In this document: positions 19,976 to 30,500 of the stretch, piece after piece
Numbering within the stretch: the first letter of the stretch is position 1
Layout: each line of letters starts with the position of its first letter
Assembly: GCA_046483305.1 (NCBI GenBank)
Contig: JAWODM010000004.1
Coordinates: 46,894-110,893 of the forward strand
DNA: 64,000 nucleotides
Origin: Candidatus Krumholzibacteriales bacterium
GTDB lineage: Bacteria; Krumholzibacteriota; Krumholzibacteriia; Krumholzibacteriales; WJIX01
Reading direction: 5' to 3'
Position numbers and translations under genes: made by a program
The notes under the pieces: model-generated
Database searches by the model: none
Told to the model about the DNA's origin: nothing
What the model saw: only the letters and a program-made list of their open reading frames with translations

Positions 19976-21844
19976 ATGAGATCAGTATTGATTGTGCTGG
20001 TAATATCTGCCCTGTTACTGGTTCCCGCGGATGGGTACTCGAATAAGGTTTCATGGCAGGGAACCAGCGGAATGCTCAGGCTTTATGATGCCGGGACAGT
20101 AGGAAAGGGAAAACTTATTTTCTCCATGGGAACATCATATTACAGGCATTCTGACGCGCTTCTGGTTCCCGGGATGGGAGGCTTTTACTTCGATTCCGGT
20201 GATGACGGCCCCACGGTAGATTACAATTTCTTCATATCCAGGGCCGGATTGTCGCTCGGGCTGAGTGATTACGTGGAATTTTCAACCACCGTAGATTTCA
20301 GAAACTGGATCATGCAGGTCCCGGACGCCTACGCCGACAGCCTGGAATCGGTTTACAAGGGAGGGCTGGGTGACACCAGGGCGAACATCAAGATCAGCCT
20401 TCCTCTGCCATCGGATTATTTCAGGATGGGTATCCTGGGTTCGACCAGTTTCCCCACCGGGAACAAGGACAGGAAATTTACCACCGACAATATAGATTTC
20501 AGCGTTACCGGGCTGTTCTCGTTGAATATGGTCGATATTGATAATTTCGTTCCCACCAGGCTGCATCTGAATACGGGTTATTATTTTAATAAGAATGAAG
20601 AGGACGGTTACGGAATTATTAACATGAACGACCCCAATACCAGCGGTTTCGGCCCGCCGGCCTATCCGGCGGTTCCCGAAGGGGAAAACGATAATTTCAA
20701 TGACATGCTCCGCCTGTCTACCGGGGTTGATTTCATTCTTAAAGAGAGGTCAAGAATCTTTCTGGAGTTCACCTGGGACAATTTCCTGAACTATGAGGTC
20801 CCCGAAGAGCTGTCCGCAAACACCAGTATATACAGTATAACCCCAGGGTTCAGCGTCGCTTCGGAGAGGAATGTTGAACTCCTGATGGCGATGGATATAA
20901 ACCTCAACTCCGAGGATAATCTGCCGGTTACCAACCCTCCCGACTGGACCGCTTACTTCATGCTGTCATACGGAGGATACGTTGTGCCTCAGGACAGGGA
21001 TAATGACGGGATAGAGGATAAACTGGATAAATGCCCTGACTTGCCTGAAGACGTGGATGGCTACCAGGACGAGGACGGGTGTCCCGATCTGGATAATGAC
21101 GGCGACGGCATTCCGGACGCTGAGGACGAGTGTCCGAATCTGGCAGAAGATTATGACGGATTCGAGGACGAGGACGGGTGTCCCGATCTGGACAATGACG
21201 GGGATGGAATCCCTGATGCCGAAGACAGGTGCCCAAATGAACCCGAAGATTTTGACGGGGTTGAGGATAACGACGGGTGTCCTGATATAATTCAGGATAC
21301 GGATAAAGACGGCATTCCTGATGACGTAGATGAATGCCCGGAGCGGCCGGAAGATATGGACGGCTACCAGGATAAAGACGGCTGCCCGGACCTGGATAAC
21401 GACCTGGATGGGATTCCCGACTCCGAGGACGAGTGCCCTAACGAACCGGAGACATTCAATGGCTATCAGGATGAGGACGGCTGCCCGGATACCAAGCCCA
21501 TCCAGAAGGAATTTATTCTCGAGGGAATCCATTTCGAAAGCGGATCGTCAAAACTTACTCCTGATTCTTACACCATACTGGACCAGGTGGTAAAATCGCT
21601 GATGGCCTATCCGGAAGTCAGAGTAGAGATAAGAGGTTATACGGACAGTGTGGGAGGCTGGGAATTCAATCTGAAACTTTCAAAGAAACGGGCTGAATCT
21701 GTCAGAGAGTATCTGATAAAGTCGGGGATCAGTCCGGACAGGGTGGTTGCCGAGGGTTACGGAGAGGCTGACCCGGTGGATTCGAATGAGACCGCAGCCG
21801 GAAGAGCTGCCAACAGAAGAATAGAATTCCACCGGCTTAATTAG
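19976..21844 (+). CDS. OmpA-family outer membrane protein with thrombospondin type-3 Ca-binding repeats
   Basis: Signal peptide, N-terminal barrel-like region, 5 DxDxDG...CP repeats, OmpA-C motifs (GYTDSVG, LSKKRA, NRRIEF). RBS AAGGAGG. Confidence 0.9.
   Translation: MRSVLIVLVISALLLVPADGYSNKVSWQGTSGMLRLYDAGTVGKGKLIFSMGTSYYRHSDALLVPGMGGFYFDSGDDGPTVDYNFFISRAGLSLGLSDYVEFSTTVDFRNWIMQVPDAYADSLESVYKGGLGDTRANIKISLPLPSDYFRMGILGSTSFPTGNKDRKFTTDNIDFSVTGLFSLNMVDIDNFVPTRLHLNTGYYFNKNEEDGYGIINMNDPNTSGFGPPAYPAVPEGENDNFNDMLRLSTGVDFILKERSRIFLEFTWDNFLNYEVPEELSANTSIYSITPGFSVASERNVELLMAMDINLNSEDNLPVTNPPDWTAYFMLSYGGYVVPQDRDNDGIEDKLDKCPDLPEDVDGYQDEDGCPDLDNDGDGIPDAEDECPNLAEDYDGFEDEDGCPDLDNDGDGIPDAEDRCPNEPEDFDGVEDNDGCPDIIQDTDKDGIPDDVDECPERPEDMDGYQDKDGCPDLDNDLDGIPDSEDECPNEPETFNGYQDEDGCPDTKPIQKEFILEGIHFESGSSKLTPDSYTILDQVVKSLMAYPEVRVEIRGYTDSVGGWEFNLKLSKKRAESVREYLIKSGISPDRVVAEGYGEADPVDSNETAAGRAANRRIEFHRLN
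20993..21490 (+). repeat. Intragenic tandem repeat, 5 units of ~99 bp (TSP3-like)
   Basis: Units such as DLDNDGDGIPDAEDECPNLAEDYDGFEDEDGCP; DNA 'gacgaggacgggtgtcccgatctgga' recurs at 99-nt spacing. Confidence 0.9.
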
Positions 21845-21866
21845 AATCCGGCAATAATCGGAACAG

Positions 21867-21899
21867 GGCCGCGGAAATTTCCTTCCGCGGCCTTTTTTT
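21867..21899 (+). terminator. Rho-independent terminator
   Basis: GGCCGCGGAA-6 nt-TTCCGCGGCC followed by T7. Confidence 0.88.
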
Positions 21900-21937
21900 A
21901 TTCCATGAAATCAGGGTAACTGTCTGGCGGCAGGGTT

Positions 21938-22729
21938 TCAGCCAGTTGACTTTTTGCTCTCTTTCCAGAGTTCTTCCAGCTGATCGGCCCCCAGCTCTTC
22001 CAGTTTTGCTCCCTGCCGGCCGGCCAGGGATTCCATATTCCTGAACCTTCGGATGAATTTGTTGACGGTGCTGTTCAGGGCGCCTTCGGGATCTATCCCG
22101 TGGTGAAGAGCGAGATTGACCATAGTGAAGAGCAGGTCTCCGGTCTCATCGAGGATTTCTTCAGGGTTCCCGGTTTGAGAGGCCTCCCTGAGCTCCTCTA
22201 TTTCTTCCTCAATCTGATTAAGAATACCGTCCTGGTCAGGCCAGTCGAAACCGATATTTACCGCTCTCCTTGAGACCGAGATGGCCCTTCGCATCGGGTG
22301 GAGGCTGGACGGCACCGATTCCATCAGGGAAATGCGCTGTTTATCTTTATTCTTAACCTTTTCCCATTCAGATATACTTTCTTTCACATTATCCGCCACG
22401 GCGTCTTCAAAAACATGGGGGTGCCGGCGGCGTATCTTTTCATGTGCGTCCGAAATTATATCTGCCAGTGATACATCCCTCATTTTGTTGAAAAGATAAT
22501 GTATATATATCAGAACGTACAGGGTGTCGCCTATTTCTTCCTGGATTCCGTCCCGGTTATCATCGAGTATCTCAGCCTGAAGTTCATAAGCTTCGTCGAT
22601 CAGGTAGCTGGCCATATCGGAGAGCGTCCTGCTTCTGTCCCAGGCGCATCCGCTCTCTGAGCGGAGCGTATCAAGTGTCTGATGAAAATCTATTATCCGG
22701 CGGCCAAAATCCTTTTCATTATTGTTCAT
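21938..22729 (-). CDS. mazG: Nucleoside triphosphate pyrophosphohydrolase MazG
   Basis: GCAWD, EEIGD, KIRRRHPHVF, GFDW, ETGDLLF, KFIRRF. Start re-assigned to ATG 22729. Confidence 0.92.
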   Translation of the reverse strand: MNNNEKDFGRRIIDFHQTLDTLRSESGCAWDRSRTLSDMASYLIDEAYELQAEILDDNRDGIQEEIGDTLYVLIYIHYLFNKMRDVSLADIISDAHEKIRRRHPHVFEDAVADNVKESISEWEKVKNKDKQRISLMESVPSSLHPMRRAISVSRRAVNIGFDWPDQDGILNQIEEEIEELREASQTGNPEEILDETGDLLFTMVNLALHHGIDPEGALNSTVNKFIRRFRNMESLAGRQGAKLEELGADQLEELWKESKKSTG

Positions 22730-22876
22730 TTTTGTCGCTCCCCTTAAGCCAGAGGTTGTTCTGTTTACTCTGAATGACAGATTATCTGAAATTGAATAAT
22801 ACAACAAATAATGTTAATATAAAGGATTGTTTGCCGGTTCGGGCCGGGAGCCTGCTTCGCGAGGATATATTTTAAA

Positions 22877-25630
22877 ATGAAAAGTATCATAATTAATGGA
22901 GCCAGACAGAATAATCTAAGGAATATAGACCTGGAGATTCCCAGGGATAGAATTACCGCCGTTACCGGGGTGTCCGGCTCAGGGAAATCTTCGCTGGCAT
23001 TTGATACCATTTACGCGGAAGGGCAGAGAAGGTATATAGAATCGCTCTCCACCTATGCAAGGCAGTTTCTCGAAAAACTGGAAAAGCCGGACCTGGACAG
23101 TATAACCGGTATAAGCCCCACTATTGCAATCAGAAGAAAGAATACAGTCAAGAGCGGAAGATCCACCGTGGGCACCGCCACTGAGATATACGATTGCCTC
23201 CGTCTTCTGTATGCCAGAATTGGAAGAACGTTCTGTCCTCAGTGCGGCCTTCCGGTAAGCTCATATTCTCCGGGAGAAGCGGCGGATGAGGTCCTGGAGG
23301 GTTCCTCCGGCAGGAAGGTATATATACTGCTGCCGCTGAGCCGGGATTCTCAGGAAGATTGGGAACGGAGGAAAAAGTATCTTCTGTCCCGGGGGTATCT
23401 CCGCCTTCTTGTTTCAGGGAAGCCGGTGAGAATAGATGAATGCGATGAAACCCCCCGGGAGAAAACAAGTATCCTCATCGACCGGGTAGAGGCGGTACAG
23501 GAGAACAGAAACAGGATAGTGGAGGGGATCGAGCTGGCTTACCGCGAACATGGCGAATCGGTGGATGTTAAGGAGACAAAGGGGGGTAGAAAATATATTT
23601 TCACCGACCGTCCGACCTGCAACAGCTGCGGAAGGGTTTTCAAGGAGCCTTCACCCCTTCTTTTTTCATTCAACAGTCCTTACGGCGCCTGCCCTGACTG
23701 TAAGGGTTACGGGGACCGTATGGAATTTTCAGAGGATAAAATCGTTCCGGAACCGCAAAAATCGATCAGGGACAAGGCGATTGATCCCTGGGCGAGAGAA
23801 AGATTTGACTATTTCTATTTTCAGCTCCTGGATTTCTGCAGAAACAAGGGTATACCGGCGGATATCCCTTTCTCCCAGCTTCCTGATGAGGACAGAGCCC
23901 GCATTCTGGAGGGAGAAGGCGATTTTATCGGAGTTATACCCTTCCTGGAGAAGATGAGAAAGAAGGCTTATAAAAAGGGACACCGGTTCTTCACCAGGCG
24001 TTACATGTCATTTACCACCTGCAGAACATGCAGGGGCAGGAGATTGAGAGCGGAGGCCGGAAATGTGAAGGTCGGCGGGTATGCGATAACAGAACTGAAC
24101 AGTATGACTCCTCAGGAAGTGCTCGATATAATAAATTCTCTGAAGCTGGAGCGGAGGGAAAAGAAGATATCCAGGGACCTGATGAACGAACTGACTTCCC
24201 GTCTGGAGTTCATGATAGATGTAGGACTGGATTACCTTACGCTGGACAGAGTTTCGAGAACTCTGTCGGGGGGCGAGGCCCAGAGGATCAATCTCGCCAA
24301 TTCGATGGGCGCTAACCTCGTTGATACCGTTTATATTCTCGACGAGCCCTCCGTGGGGCTTCACGCGGCTGACAACGACCGCCTGATAAAGGTTATGAAG
24401 AATCTCAGAGACAGCGGGAATACGGTGATAGTGGTGGAGCACGACCCGAATATCATCCTGTCTTCCGATTACCTGATAGATCTTGGCCCCGGGGCGGGAA
24501 GCAATGGCGGAGAGGTAGTGTTCAGCGGAGAGACCGGAGGGGCGGAAAGCGCCCGGGTTGAAAATTCCAGGACCATCGAGTACCTGTTCAACAAGACGGA
24601 ACGTGTCAGCCTTAACCGCGCCCAGCGGAAACCAGCCGGTTCAATAACCCTTAAAGGCGTGAGGACTCACAATCTGAGGAGCATAGATCTGGAAATACCC
24701 CTTGGAGGGCTGGTGGCGGTTACCGGTGTTTCCGGTTCGGGAAAGAGCTCTCTGGTTGTGGATACCCTGCATGAGCTCCTTTCGAAGGGTTCCGGGCGGG
24801 GATTGAAGATCGTTGACTATCGGATTGAAGGAAGGATAGATTCCTGTTCCCTGGTTGACCAGAAACCTATCGGAAATACCCCCCGCTCCAATCCGGTCAC
24901 TTTTATCAAGGGATTTTCATATATAAGACAGTTGTTCGCGGAACAGAAGAAATCCCTGGAGCGCGGATACAGGCCGGGAAGGTTCAGTTTCAACAAGCCG
25001 GAAGGCAGATGCCCCAGGTGCAGGGGAATGGGTTACAGAAGGGTGGAGATGCATTTCATGGCCGATGTTTTTGTCCCCTGCGAGCAGTGCGGTGGTAGGA
25101 GGTATAATTCAGAAACCCTCGATGTAACTTACAGGGGAAAAGATATCAGCGAGGTTCTTGAGCTGACTGTCAGTGAAGCGATTCTATTCTTCGACGGAAC
25201 TCCGCAGCTGGGAGAGAAGCTCTGGCTTCTCTCCGAAGTTGGACTGGGGTACCTCAGGCTGGGACAGCCATCCAATACCCTTTCCGGAGGCGAAGCCCAG
25301 AGAATCAAGATCGCCAGGGAACTTTCCGAGAGCGCCGGCCGGAGAAACCTTTATATCATGGATGAACCGACCACCGGCCTCCACATGAGCGATATAGACA
25401 ATCTGCTTAGAATTTTTCAAAAACTTGTCAAAGCGGGTCATACTCTGATAGTAATAGAGCACAACCTGGATTTGATCGGCAACTCGGACTGGATAATTGA
25501 CCTGGGACCCGGAGGTGGCGGAAAGGGCGGGAAAATTGTGGCATCGGGGACGCCGGTTGAGATAGCGGATAGAGCGGATTCAGTGACGGGGCGTTATTTG
25601 AAGGATTATGTAAAAGGAGGTTCTAGATGA
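22877..25630 (+). CDS. uvrA: Excinuclease ABC subunit A
   Basis: Two GVSGSGKSS Walker A motifs, two LSGGEAQRI signatures, Zn fingers, [10 protein letters not shown]. Confidence 0.95.
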   Translation: MKSIIINGARQNNLRNIDLEIPRDRITAVTGVSGSGKSSLAFDTIYAEGQRRYIESLSTYARQFLEKLEKPDLDSITGISPTIAIRRKNTVKSGRSTVGTATEIYDCLRLLYARIGRTFCPQCGLPVSSYSPGEAADEVLEGSSGRKVYILLPLSRDSQEDWERRKKYLLSRGYLRLLVSGKPVRIDECDETPREKTSILIDRVEAVQENRNRIVEGIELAYREHGESVDVKETKGGRKYIFTDRPTCNSCGRVFKEPSPLLFSFNSPYGACPDCKGYGDRMEFSEDKIVPEPQKSIRDKAIDPWARERFDYFYFQLLDFCRNKGIPADIPFSQLPDEDRARILEGEGDFIGVIPFLEKMRKKAYKKGHRFFTRRYMSFTTCRTCRGRRLRAEAGNVKVGGYAITELNSMTPQEVLDIINSLKLERREKKISRDLMNELTSRLEFMIDVGLDYLTLDRVSRTLSGGEAQRINLANSMGANLVDTVYILDEPSVGLHAADNDRLIKVMKNLRDSGNTVIVVEHDPNIILSSDYLIDLGPGAGSNGGEVVFSGETGGAESARVENSRTIEYLFNKTERVSLNRAQRKPAGSITLKGVRTHNLRSIDLEIPLGGLVAVTGVSGSGKSSLVVDTLHELLSKGSGRGLKIVDYRIEGRIDSCSLVDQKPIGNTPRSNPVTFIKGFSYIRQLFAEQKKSLERGYRPGRFSFNKPEGRCPRCRGMGYRRVEMHFMADVFVPCEQCGGRRYNSETLDVTYRGKDISEVLELTVSEAILFFDGTPQLGEKLWLLSEVGLGYLRLGQPSNTLSGGEAQRIKIARELSESAGRRNLYIMDEPTTGLHMSDIDNLLRIFQKLVKAGHTLIVIEHNLDLIGNSDWIIDLGPGGGGKGGKIVASGTPVEIADRADSVTGRYLKDYVKGGSR

Positions 25631-26604
25631 AGGTGCTGGTAACCGGAGGCGCAGGGTATATCGGGAGCGTGGTAACCGAATATCTCCTTGACCGGGGGCA
25701 TGAGGTTACAGTGGCCGATAACTTTTCCACCGGCCACAGGGAAGCGGTGGACCGCAGATGCCGTCTCGTCGAAATGAACCTGCTGGACTGGGACTCTGTC
25801 AGAGAGGTTCTGTCTCCGGGCATAGAGGCGGTGCTGCACTTCGCCGCTTTTTCTCTGGTCTCCGAATCGATGACTGATCCATTGAAATACTACAGGAACA
25901 ATATATGCGGAGCGGTCAACCTGATAGAGGGGATGCGCGACTCGGGCACGGAATTTATAGTCTTTTCTTCAACCGCGGCCGTTTACGGTGAGCCGGAGGA
26001 GATACCGATTACCGAGGACGCGGTTCTTTCTCCGGTGAATCCATACGGAAACACCAAACTGGCCATTGAGAAACTCCTGCAGGATTCAATACCGGCTTAT
26101 GATATAAAGTCCATTTCTCTGAGGTATTTCAATGCAGCCGGCGCAACGTCTCTGCACGGTGAGGATCACCGGCCAGAATCTCATCTGATTCCGATAATAC
26201 TTGACGCGGTGGAGGGCGGAAGGGATGAATTGACGGTATACGGGGATGATTACGACACCGAAGACGGCACCTGTATACGTGATTATATTCACGTCAGGGA
26301 CCTTGCCACCGCTCACCTATTGGCGCTGGAGAAACTCGCAGGGGGGGTCACCGGAACGTTTAATCTTGGAGGGGGCGAGGGGTTTTCGGTCCTGGAGGTC
26401 ATAGAAGCCGTATCGGAGGTTACCGGAAAAGAGGTTCCCTACAGCATAGGGAATCGCCGGGAAGGGGATCCGGCGGTCCTGGTCGCATCGAGCGGCAAGG
26501 CGGAAGAGATACTGGGATGGGAAAGGAGCTACAGCGATCTGGAAAGCATTATAAGAGACGCCCACCAGTGGAGGATGAAGTTTCCGGGAGGGTACCGGGA
26601 ATAG
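25627..26604 (+). CDS. galE: UDP-glucose 4-epimerase
   Basis: TGGAGYIGS, FSSTAAVYG, YGNTK, LRYFNAAGA, RDYIHV. Confidence 0.95.
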   Translation: MKVLVTGGAGYIGSVVTEYLLDRGHEVTVADNFSTGHREAVDRRCRLVEMNLLDWDSVREVLSPGIEAVLHFAAFSLVSESMTDPLKYYRNNICGAVNLIEGMRDSGTEFIVFSSTAAVYGEPEEIPITEDAVLSPVNPYGNTKLAIEKLLQDSIPAYDIKSISLRYFNAAGATSLHGEDHRPESHLIPIILDAVEGGRDELTVYGDDYDTEDGTCIRDYIHVRDLATAHLLALEKLAGGVTGTFNLGGGEGFSVLEVIEAVSEVTGKEVPYSIGNRREGDPAVLVASSGKAEEILGWERSYSDLESIIRDAHQWRMKFPGGYRE

Positions 26605-26813
26605 GTTGTTTGGTTGAACCGGGCTGATAACCGGGAAATGGAAACTTTTCTTCCGCCTGGCATGATTTATTGCCGGTAAGATTCCCGGCCTCTTTGACAG
26701 CGTTATCAAGTCTGCTGATTAATAATCAGATATTTTATTATATGACAATGCAATATGATTCTATTACCTGTGGCGGGGCCATTTCGCCGGTACTGCTTAT
26801 CAGAAGAATTCAA

Positions 26814-26828
26814 TGGCATGCATATTGC
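26814..26828 (+). promoter_or_regulatory. sigma54 (-24/-12) promoter
   Basis: TGGCATGCATATTGC, i.e. GG-N10-GC, ~50 nt upstream of the kinase ATG. Confidence 0.65.
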
Positions 26829-26879
26829 CCTCGAAGGGAGTGAATATATTAATGTTCTGACTTTAAAAGGTGTTATTGT

Positions 26880-29333
26880 ATGCCTCTCACCGAAAAATTC
26901 AATATTCCGGAGAAGATAGGGGACCCCTCATCAACTACTCTGATCTCTTTTCTCAGGGCCGCGGATGAAGCTATCAGGGATGTATATGGGGAAGTTGCGG
27001 CTACCGCGGTAAAGATAAAGGCTGAAAAGCTGATAGCGGTGCTTAATTCTTCCGGACTGAACCAGAGCAGGTTGGATGAGCTTATTGGCCTGGAAGAAAT
27101 GGAAGGTTACAGAAGAAGGATTTACGGAAGTAATGAGAAAAAAGGGGTAGAGCCGGAAAAGCCCGCTTTAATAGAGATACCGCTGAGAGGGGAAGGTGGG
27201 CGTCTGGGAAGTCACTTCATTCTAACCGATCAACGCTCCGCGGAATCAGTATCTGCATCGTCCAGAGAGGAGCTTGCCGGGGTACTTTCCCTGGAGATAA
27301 GGTCAAGAAACAGGCGGAGGTATGATTCCATCTTTCCGGTCGAACGCGATGGGCTGAGGCTGGATTTCATCGAAGGGATCAATGACAGCGGAATAATGAG
27401 ATCGGCTCTGACCAGAGCGCTGGAACTGGCGGACGCTCAGTTCTGCGCCTTCTTTACTGAAAGCGGACAACGGGAAATACATATAATGCTGGAGGGCAAG
27501 GAACTGGCGGGGCTGGTTCCGGAGATAAGCCGGAAAACGGTAAGCTCCTATAACCATTTCGTCAACAGACCCGGCTGTCCTGACGCGGAATACAGGGAGA
27601 AGGTATATTACATGGGCAACCGGAAGAATATACATTACCTGATAGGCAGTCTTTCGATAGGAAGCTATTTTCTTGTTCCGGTAGTTTCCGGTTTGCGGGT
27701 GAGGGGTATACTGTTTGTGGGAAGCATCAGAAAAAACAGTTTTACCAGAAGCCAGGTTTCAAGCCTCAGGGGGCTTGCGGGAGAAGATATCCCGGATATT
27801 CAGGTAGTTTACAGGCGCAGCTCGGAAAAAGAGCTGGTGGATAAGCTTCTGGAGTCCACACCGCTGGGCGCGGCAATTATCTCATCAGACGGGGAGATTC
27901 TTTATGAGAACAGAACATTCGGAGAATATCTCAATGCCGGGAACTGCAGATTCCAGACTCTGGATGACGTCTCTGCGGTAGCGGGGTATGATTTCAGGGA
28001 TTTAATGGCAGAGCTGAAGATTCTAAAGAAGGAGATAAGGGGCAAGGTGCTGGAACCTTCCGGCAGGTCGGGAAGGCCGCTGAAGGTATTCTGGACTGGC
28101 ATGAAGGATCTCATTGAGAGAGCCGATTCTCTGCTGATGATAACCCCCGCGGGTGACTGGGAAACCGGAGCCGCGGCTGAAAGAATTGCTTTGATTTCGC
28201 ACGAGATAAGAACCCCTCTCTCCGCCCTTAAGAATTCATTGAGTCTTCTCTCGCGGGATAGAATAATCAGGGAGCTTGAGAGAAATGCCGGCGAGGGCAG
28301 CACCACGGCTGCAGATATTTTCTCGACCGCGCTCAGGACCCTGAGAAGACTGAATTACATGCTGGACAGCTTCGATATCAGGCCGGGGAGTGTCGTAGCC
28401 GGTTCGGCTCCCAATCCGGGGATTACGCATCTCTCCGATTTGATAGAGACGGTGTCAGCGCTTTACCGGAAGCAGATGCAGAGCGGGGGCATTGAATTCA
28501 GCGTGCATATGGAAAAAGGCCTGGAGAGTATTGAAACCGATAGCGGGAGACTGGAGCAGATACTGCACAATCTTCTGTCCAACAGTTTAAAGAGCGGGGG
28601 TAACAGAGTCGATATCACTGTATCGAGAACCGCGCCTCCGGAAAACAGTATTTTATCTGAAATACCCTGGAACAGAATCAGGGAACCGGAGATAGTTGAA
28701 ATAACAGTAGCTGATGATGGGAAGGGGTTCTCTCCGGAAGTGGTCGAATATATAAATGAACTTTCCGAGAATGAACTGAACCCCGATTTCGGCCTGGGAC
28801 TTTTTATCTCGGCAGCCCTTGCGAAATCGATGGGAGCGGTTCTCCGGGTTGAAAACAGGGAGCGCGGAGGAGCTGCCTGCAGCGTTTTTCTCCCCTCCGA
28901 TACCGATTCCATGGAAACCTCCAGGAAGTTTAACGAAATAAGCCGGAGGCTGGAGAAGATGAAGAAGCTCGGAAAAGTTCCGATACTCTATATAGTTGGA
29001 AAGGAAGATGATGACTGCTGGCTGGCGCTGGCCGAAAAATGGAAGGACATCCCGACCTTCAGCCCCGGGAGCGGGCAGGATACGGGATCAGATTTTTGTT
29101 TCTGGCCTCTGAGCTCTGAGATAGGGATAGGATTGGCCAGAGGAGGAGAGTATCTGCCCGAGCCGGAGAGAATCATTCACGGCACCAGAGAGGGTTTGAG
29201 CCTGGTCGGTGACGGGGTGAGCCGTTCGATGAGGATCGGGTGGAGCATATGCAGCGATAGCAATTGTGGCATCAGGTCGCTTCTTAGGGAGGCCGCGGAA
29301 AAGTTTGAAACAGGTATCATGATGACAGTCTGA
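26880..29333 (+). CDS. Cytoplasmic sensor histidine kinase (GAF/PAS-like + HisKA + HATPase, extra C-terminal domain)
   Basis: H-box SHEIRTPL, N-box QILHNLLSNS, G1 DDGKGF, G2 GLGLFIS; no TM helix. Confidence 0.82.
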   Translation: MPLTEKFNIPEKIGDPSSTTLISFLRAADEAIRDVYGEVAATAVKIKAEKLIAVLNSSGLNQSRLDELIGLEEMEGYRRRIYGSNEKKGVEPEKPALIEIPLRGEGGRLGSHFILTDQRSAESVSASSREELAGVLSLEIRSRNRRRYDSIFPVERDGLRLDFIEGINDSGIMRSALTRALELADAQFCAFFTESGQREIHIMLEGKELAGLVPEISRKTVSSYNHFVNRPGCPDAEYREKVYYMGNRKNIHYLIGSLSIGSYFLVPVVSGLRVRGILFVGSIRKNSFTRSQVSSLRGLAGEDIPDIQVVYRRSSEKELVDKLLESTPLGAAIISSDGEILYENRTFGEYLNAGNCRFQTLDDVSAVAGYDFRDLMAELKILKKEIRGKVLEPSGRSGRPLKVFWTGMKDLIERADSLLMITPAGDWETGAAAERIALISHEIRTPLSALKNSLSLLSRDRIIRELERNAGEGSTTAADIFSTALRTLRRLNYMLDSFDIRPGSVVAGSAPNPGITHLSDLIETVSALYRKQMQSGGIEFSVHMEKGLESIETDSGRLEQILHNLLSNSLKSGGNRVDITVSRTAPPENSILSEIPWNRIREPEIVEITVADDGKGFSPEVVEYINELSENELNPDFGLGLFISAALAKSMGAVLRVENRERGGAACSVFLPSDTDSMETSRKFNEISRRLEKMKKLGKVPILYIVGKEDDDCWLALAEKWKDIPTFSPGSGQDTGSDFCFWPLSSEIGIGLARGGEYLPEPERIIHGTREGLSLVGDGVSRSMRIGWSICSDSNCGIRSLLREAAEKFETGIMMTV

Positions 29334-29350
29334 ACAGGGGGTCTATTAAA

Positions 29351-29749
29351 ATGAAGGGCGATAGGATTCTTATAGTCGAAGATGACGAGGATATCGTTGA
29401 AACTGTGAAATACAGCCTGGAATTAAGAGGCTTCGAGGTGGATGTGGCCTATGACGGCCTTCACGCCTTGAGAAAAGCGAGAGAAAAGAATTACGATATA
29501 ATGCTCCTGGACATTATGCTTCCCGGAAAGAACGGTTATGAGGTTTCCAGGATATTAAAGGATGAAATGGAGGAAGGGAAGATAGAGCCTTTCAAAATAC
29601 TGGTACTGACTGCCAGGAAGGTTAACAGCGCGGAGAGAGAGGATTTCCTGGCCACCTGGTCGAAAGCAGATGAATACATGTATAAACCATTTGAGCTTGA
29701 AGACCTGATTACCAGAATCAACAATAACCTGAAACAGGCGGCGGTCTGA
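29351..29749 (+). CDS. Single-domain response regulator (receiver)
   Basis: VEDD, LLDIMLPGKNG, LTA, KPF. Confidence 0.92.
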   Translation: MKGDRILIVEDDEDIVETVKYSLELRGFEVDVAYDGLHALRKAREKNYDIMLLDIMLPGKNGYEVSRILKDEMEEGKIEPFKILVLTARKVNSAEREDFLATWSKADEYMYKPFELEDLITRINNNLKQAAV

Positions 29750-29941
29750 GAAGATAGCCGCGGTTCCCTGTTCTTAATGCCCGATCATGTGCTCGATTGA
29801 TCAGTATAATCTGTGGATGCTTGCCGCCACAGAAAGTTCGGCACGAAAGAATATCAACTGAATTCAGCGTTGAGAGCACTGAAAGCGGTATCGTTGAATT
29901 GCCGCGGGATGAAGAAATTTGCGCCTCGCCCGAAGAAGTTG

Positions 29942-29969
29942 TTGACAATTGGAGAAAATTATTTAAGAT
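29942..29969 (+). promoter_or_regulatory. sigma70 promoter of tRNA-Phe
   Basis: TTGACA, 16 nt, TAAGAT, 11 nt before the tRNA. Confidence 0.5.
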
Positions 29970-29980
29970 TTCCTTTGCGT

Positions 29981-30056
29981 GGGAGGGTAGCTCAGTCGGT
30001 AGAGCAACGGATTGAAAATCCGTGTGTCGGCGGTTCGATTCCGTCCCTTCCCACCA
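29981..30056 (+). tRNA. tRNA-Phe (GAA)
   Basis: Cloverleaf with acceptor GGGAGGG/CCTTCCC, D-arm GCTCAGTCGGTAGAGC, anticodon loop TTGAAAA, T-loop GGTTCGATTCC, encoded CCA. Confidence 0.96.
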
Positions 30057-30267
30057 TTTTCCTGCCTGCCGGCAATTTTACCATTGAAACCCGGAATATC
30101 ATCAGCAATACATGTTCATCCCGATGTGAAGATATGAAACTGTGATGAGTAACAGTTTCAGGCTTACATGTTCCATAAACAATGCGATGTTCCAGTAATT
30201 ATTGTTGACAGTCAGGAAACTACTGGTTTATTTTTACTGGTGGTGGAGAACTTATAAAGGATGTATG

Positions 30268-30468
30268 ATGGATGAGAAATTGAAAGCCGCGGTTATCGCG
30301 GCGATCAACGCTTATATAGATCAGGAAAAGGATACCAGGGATATTTATTTCGGGCAGAAGCTCAGTGCGTGGAAGATGGGAGGCCGCCGGGAAATCATTC
30401 AGAGGGGCAGGCTGGCGAAGCGGGGCAATCCTTCCAGGGTGAGATTGAGAAGATTTTCATTTCTTTAG
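30268..30468 (+). CDS. Small soluble carboxylase accessory protein (OadG/MmdD C-terminus or AccE-like)
   Basis: 'AAVIAAINAY...SAWKMGGR' pattern, AAAGGA RBS, directly upstream of a biotin-dependent carboxyltransferase. Confidence 0.55.
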   Translation: MDEKLKAAVIAAINAYIDQEKDTRDIYFGQKLSAWKMGGRREIIQRGRLAKRGNPSRVRLRRFSFL

Positions 30469-30500
30469 ATGTCAGTTAATTCAGATTTGGCGGAATAATT

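Noticed and set aside
20993..21490. Regularly spaced repeats resembling a CRISPR array
   Set aside because: In-frame ~99-bp coding repeats within OmpA with synonymous variation; no unique spacers and no cas genes.
26657..26673. Second sigma54-like site CTGGCATGATTTATTGC
   Set aside because: GG-GC spacing is 11 nt rather than the required 10.
29797..30145. Short ORFs spanning tRNA-Phe
   Set aside because: They overlap a canonical tRNA and its promoter; spurious.
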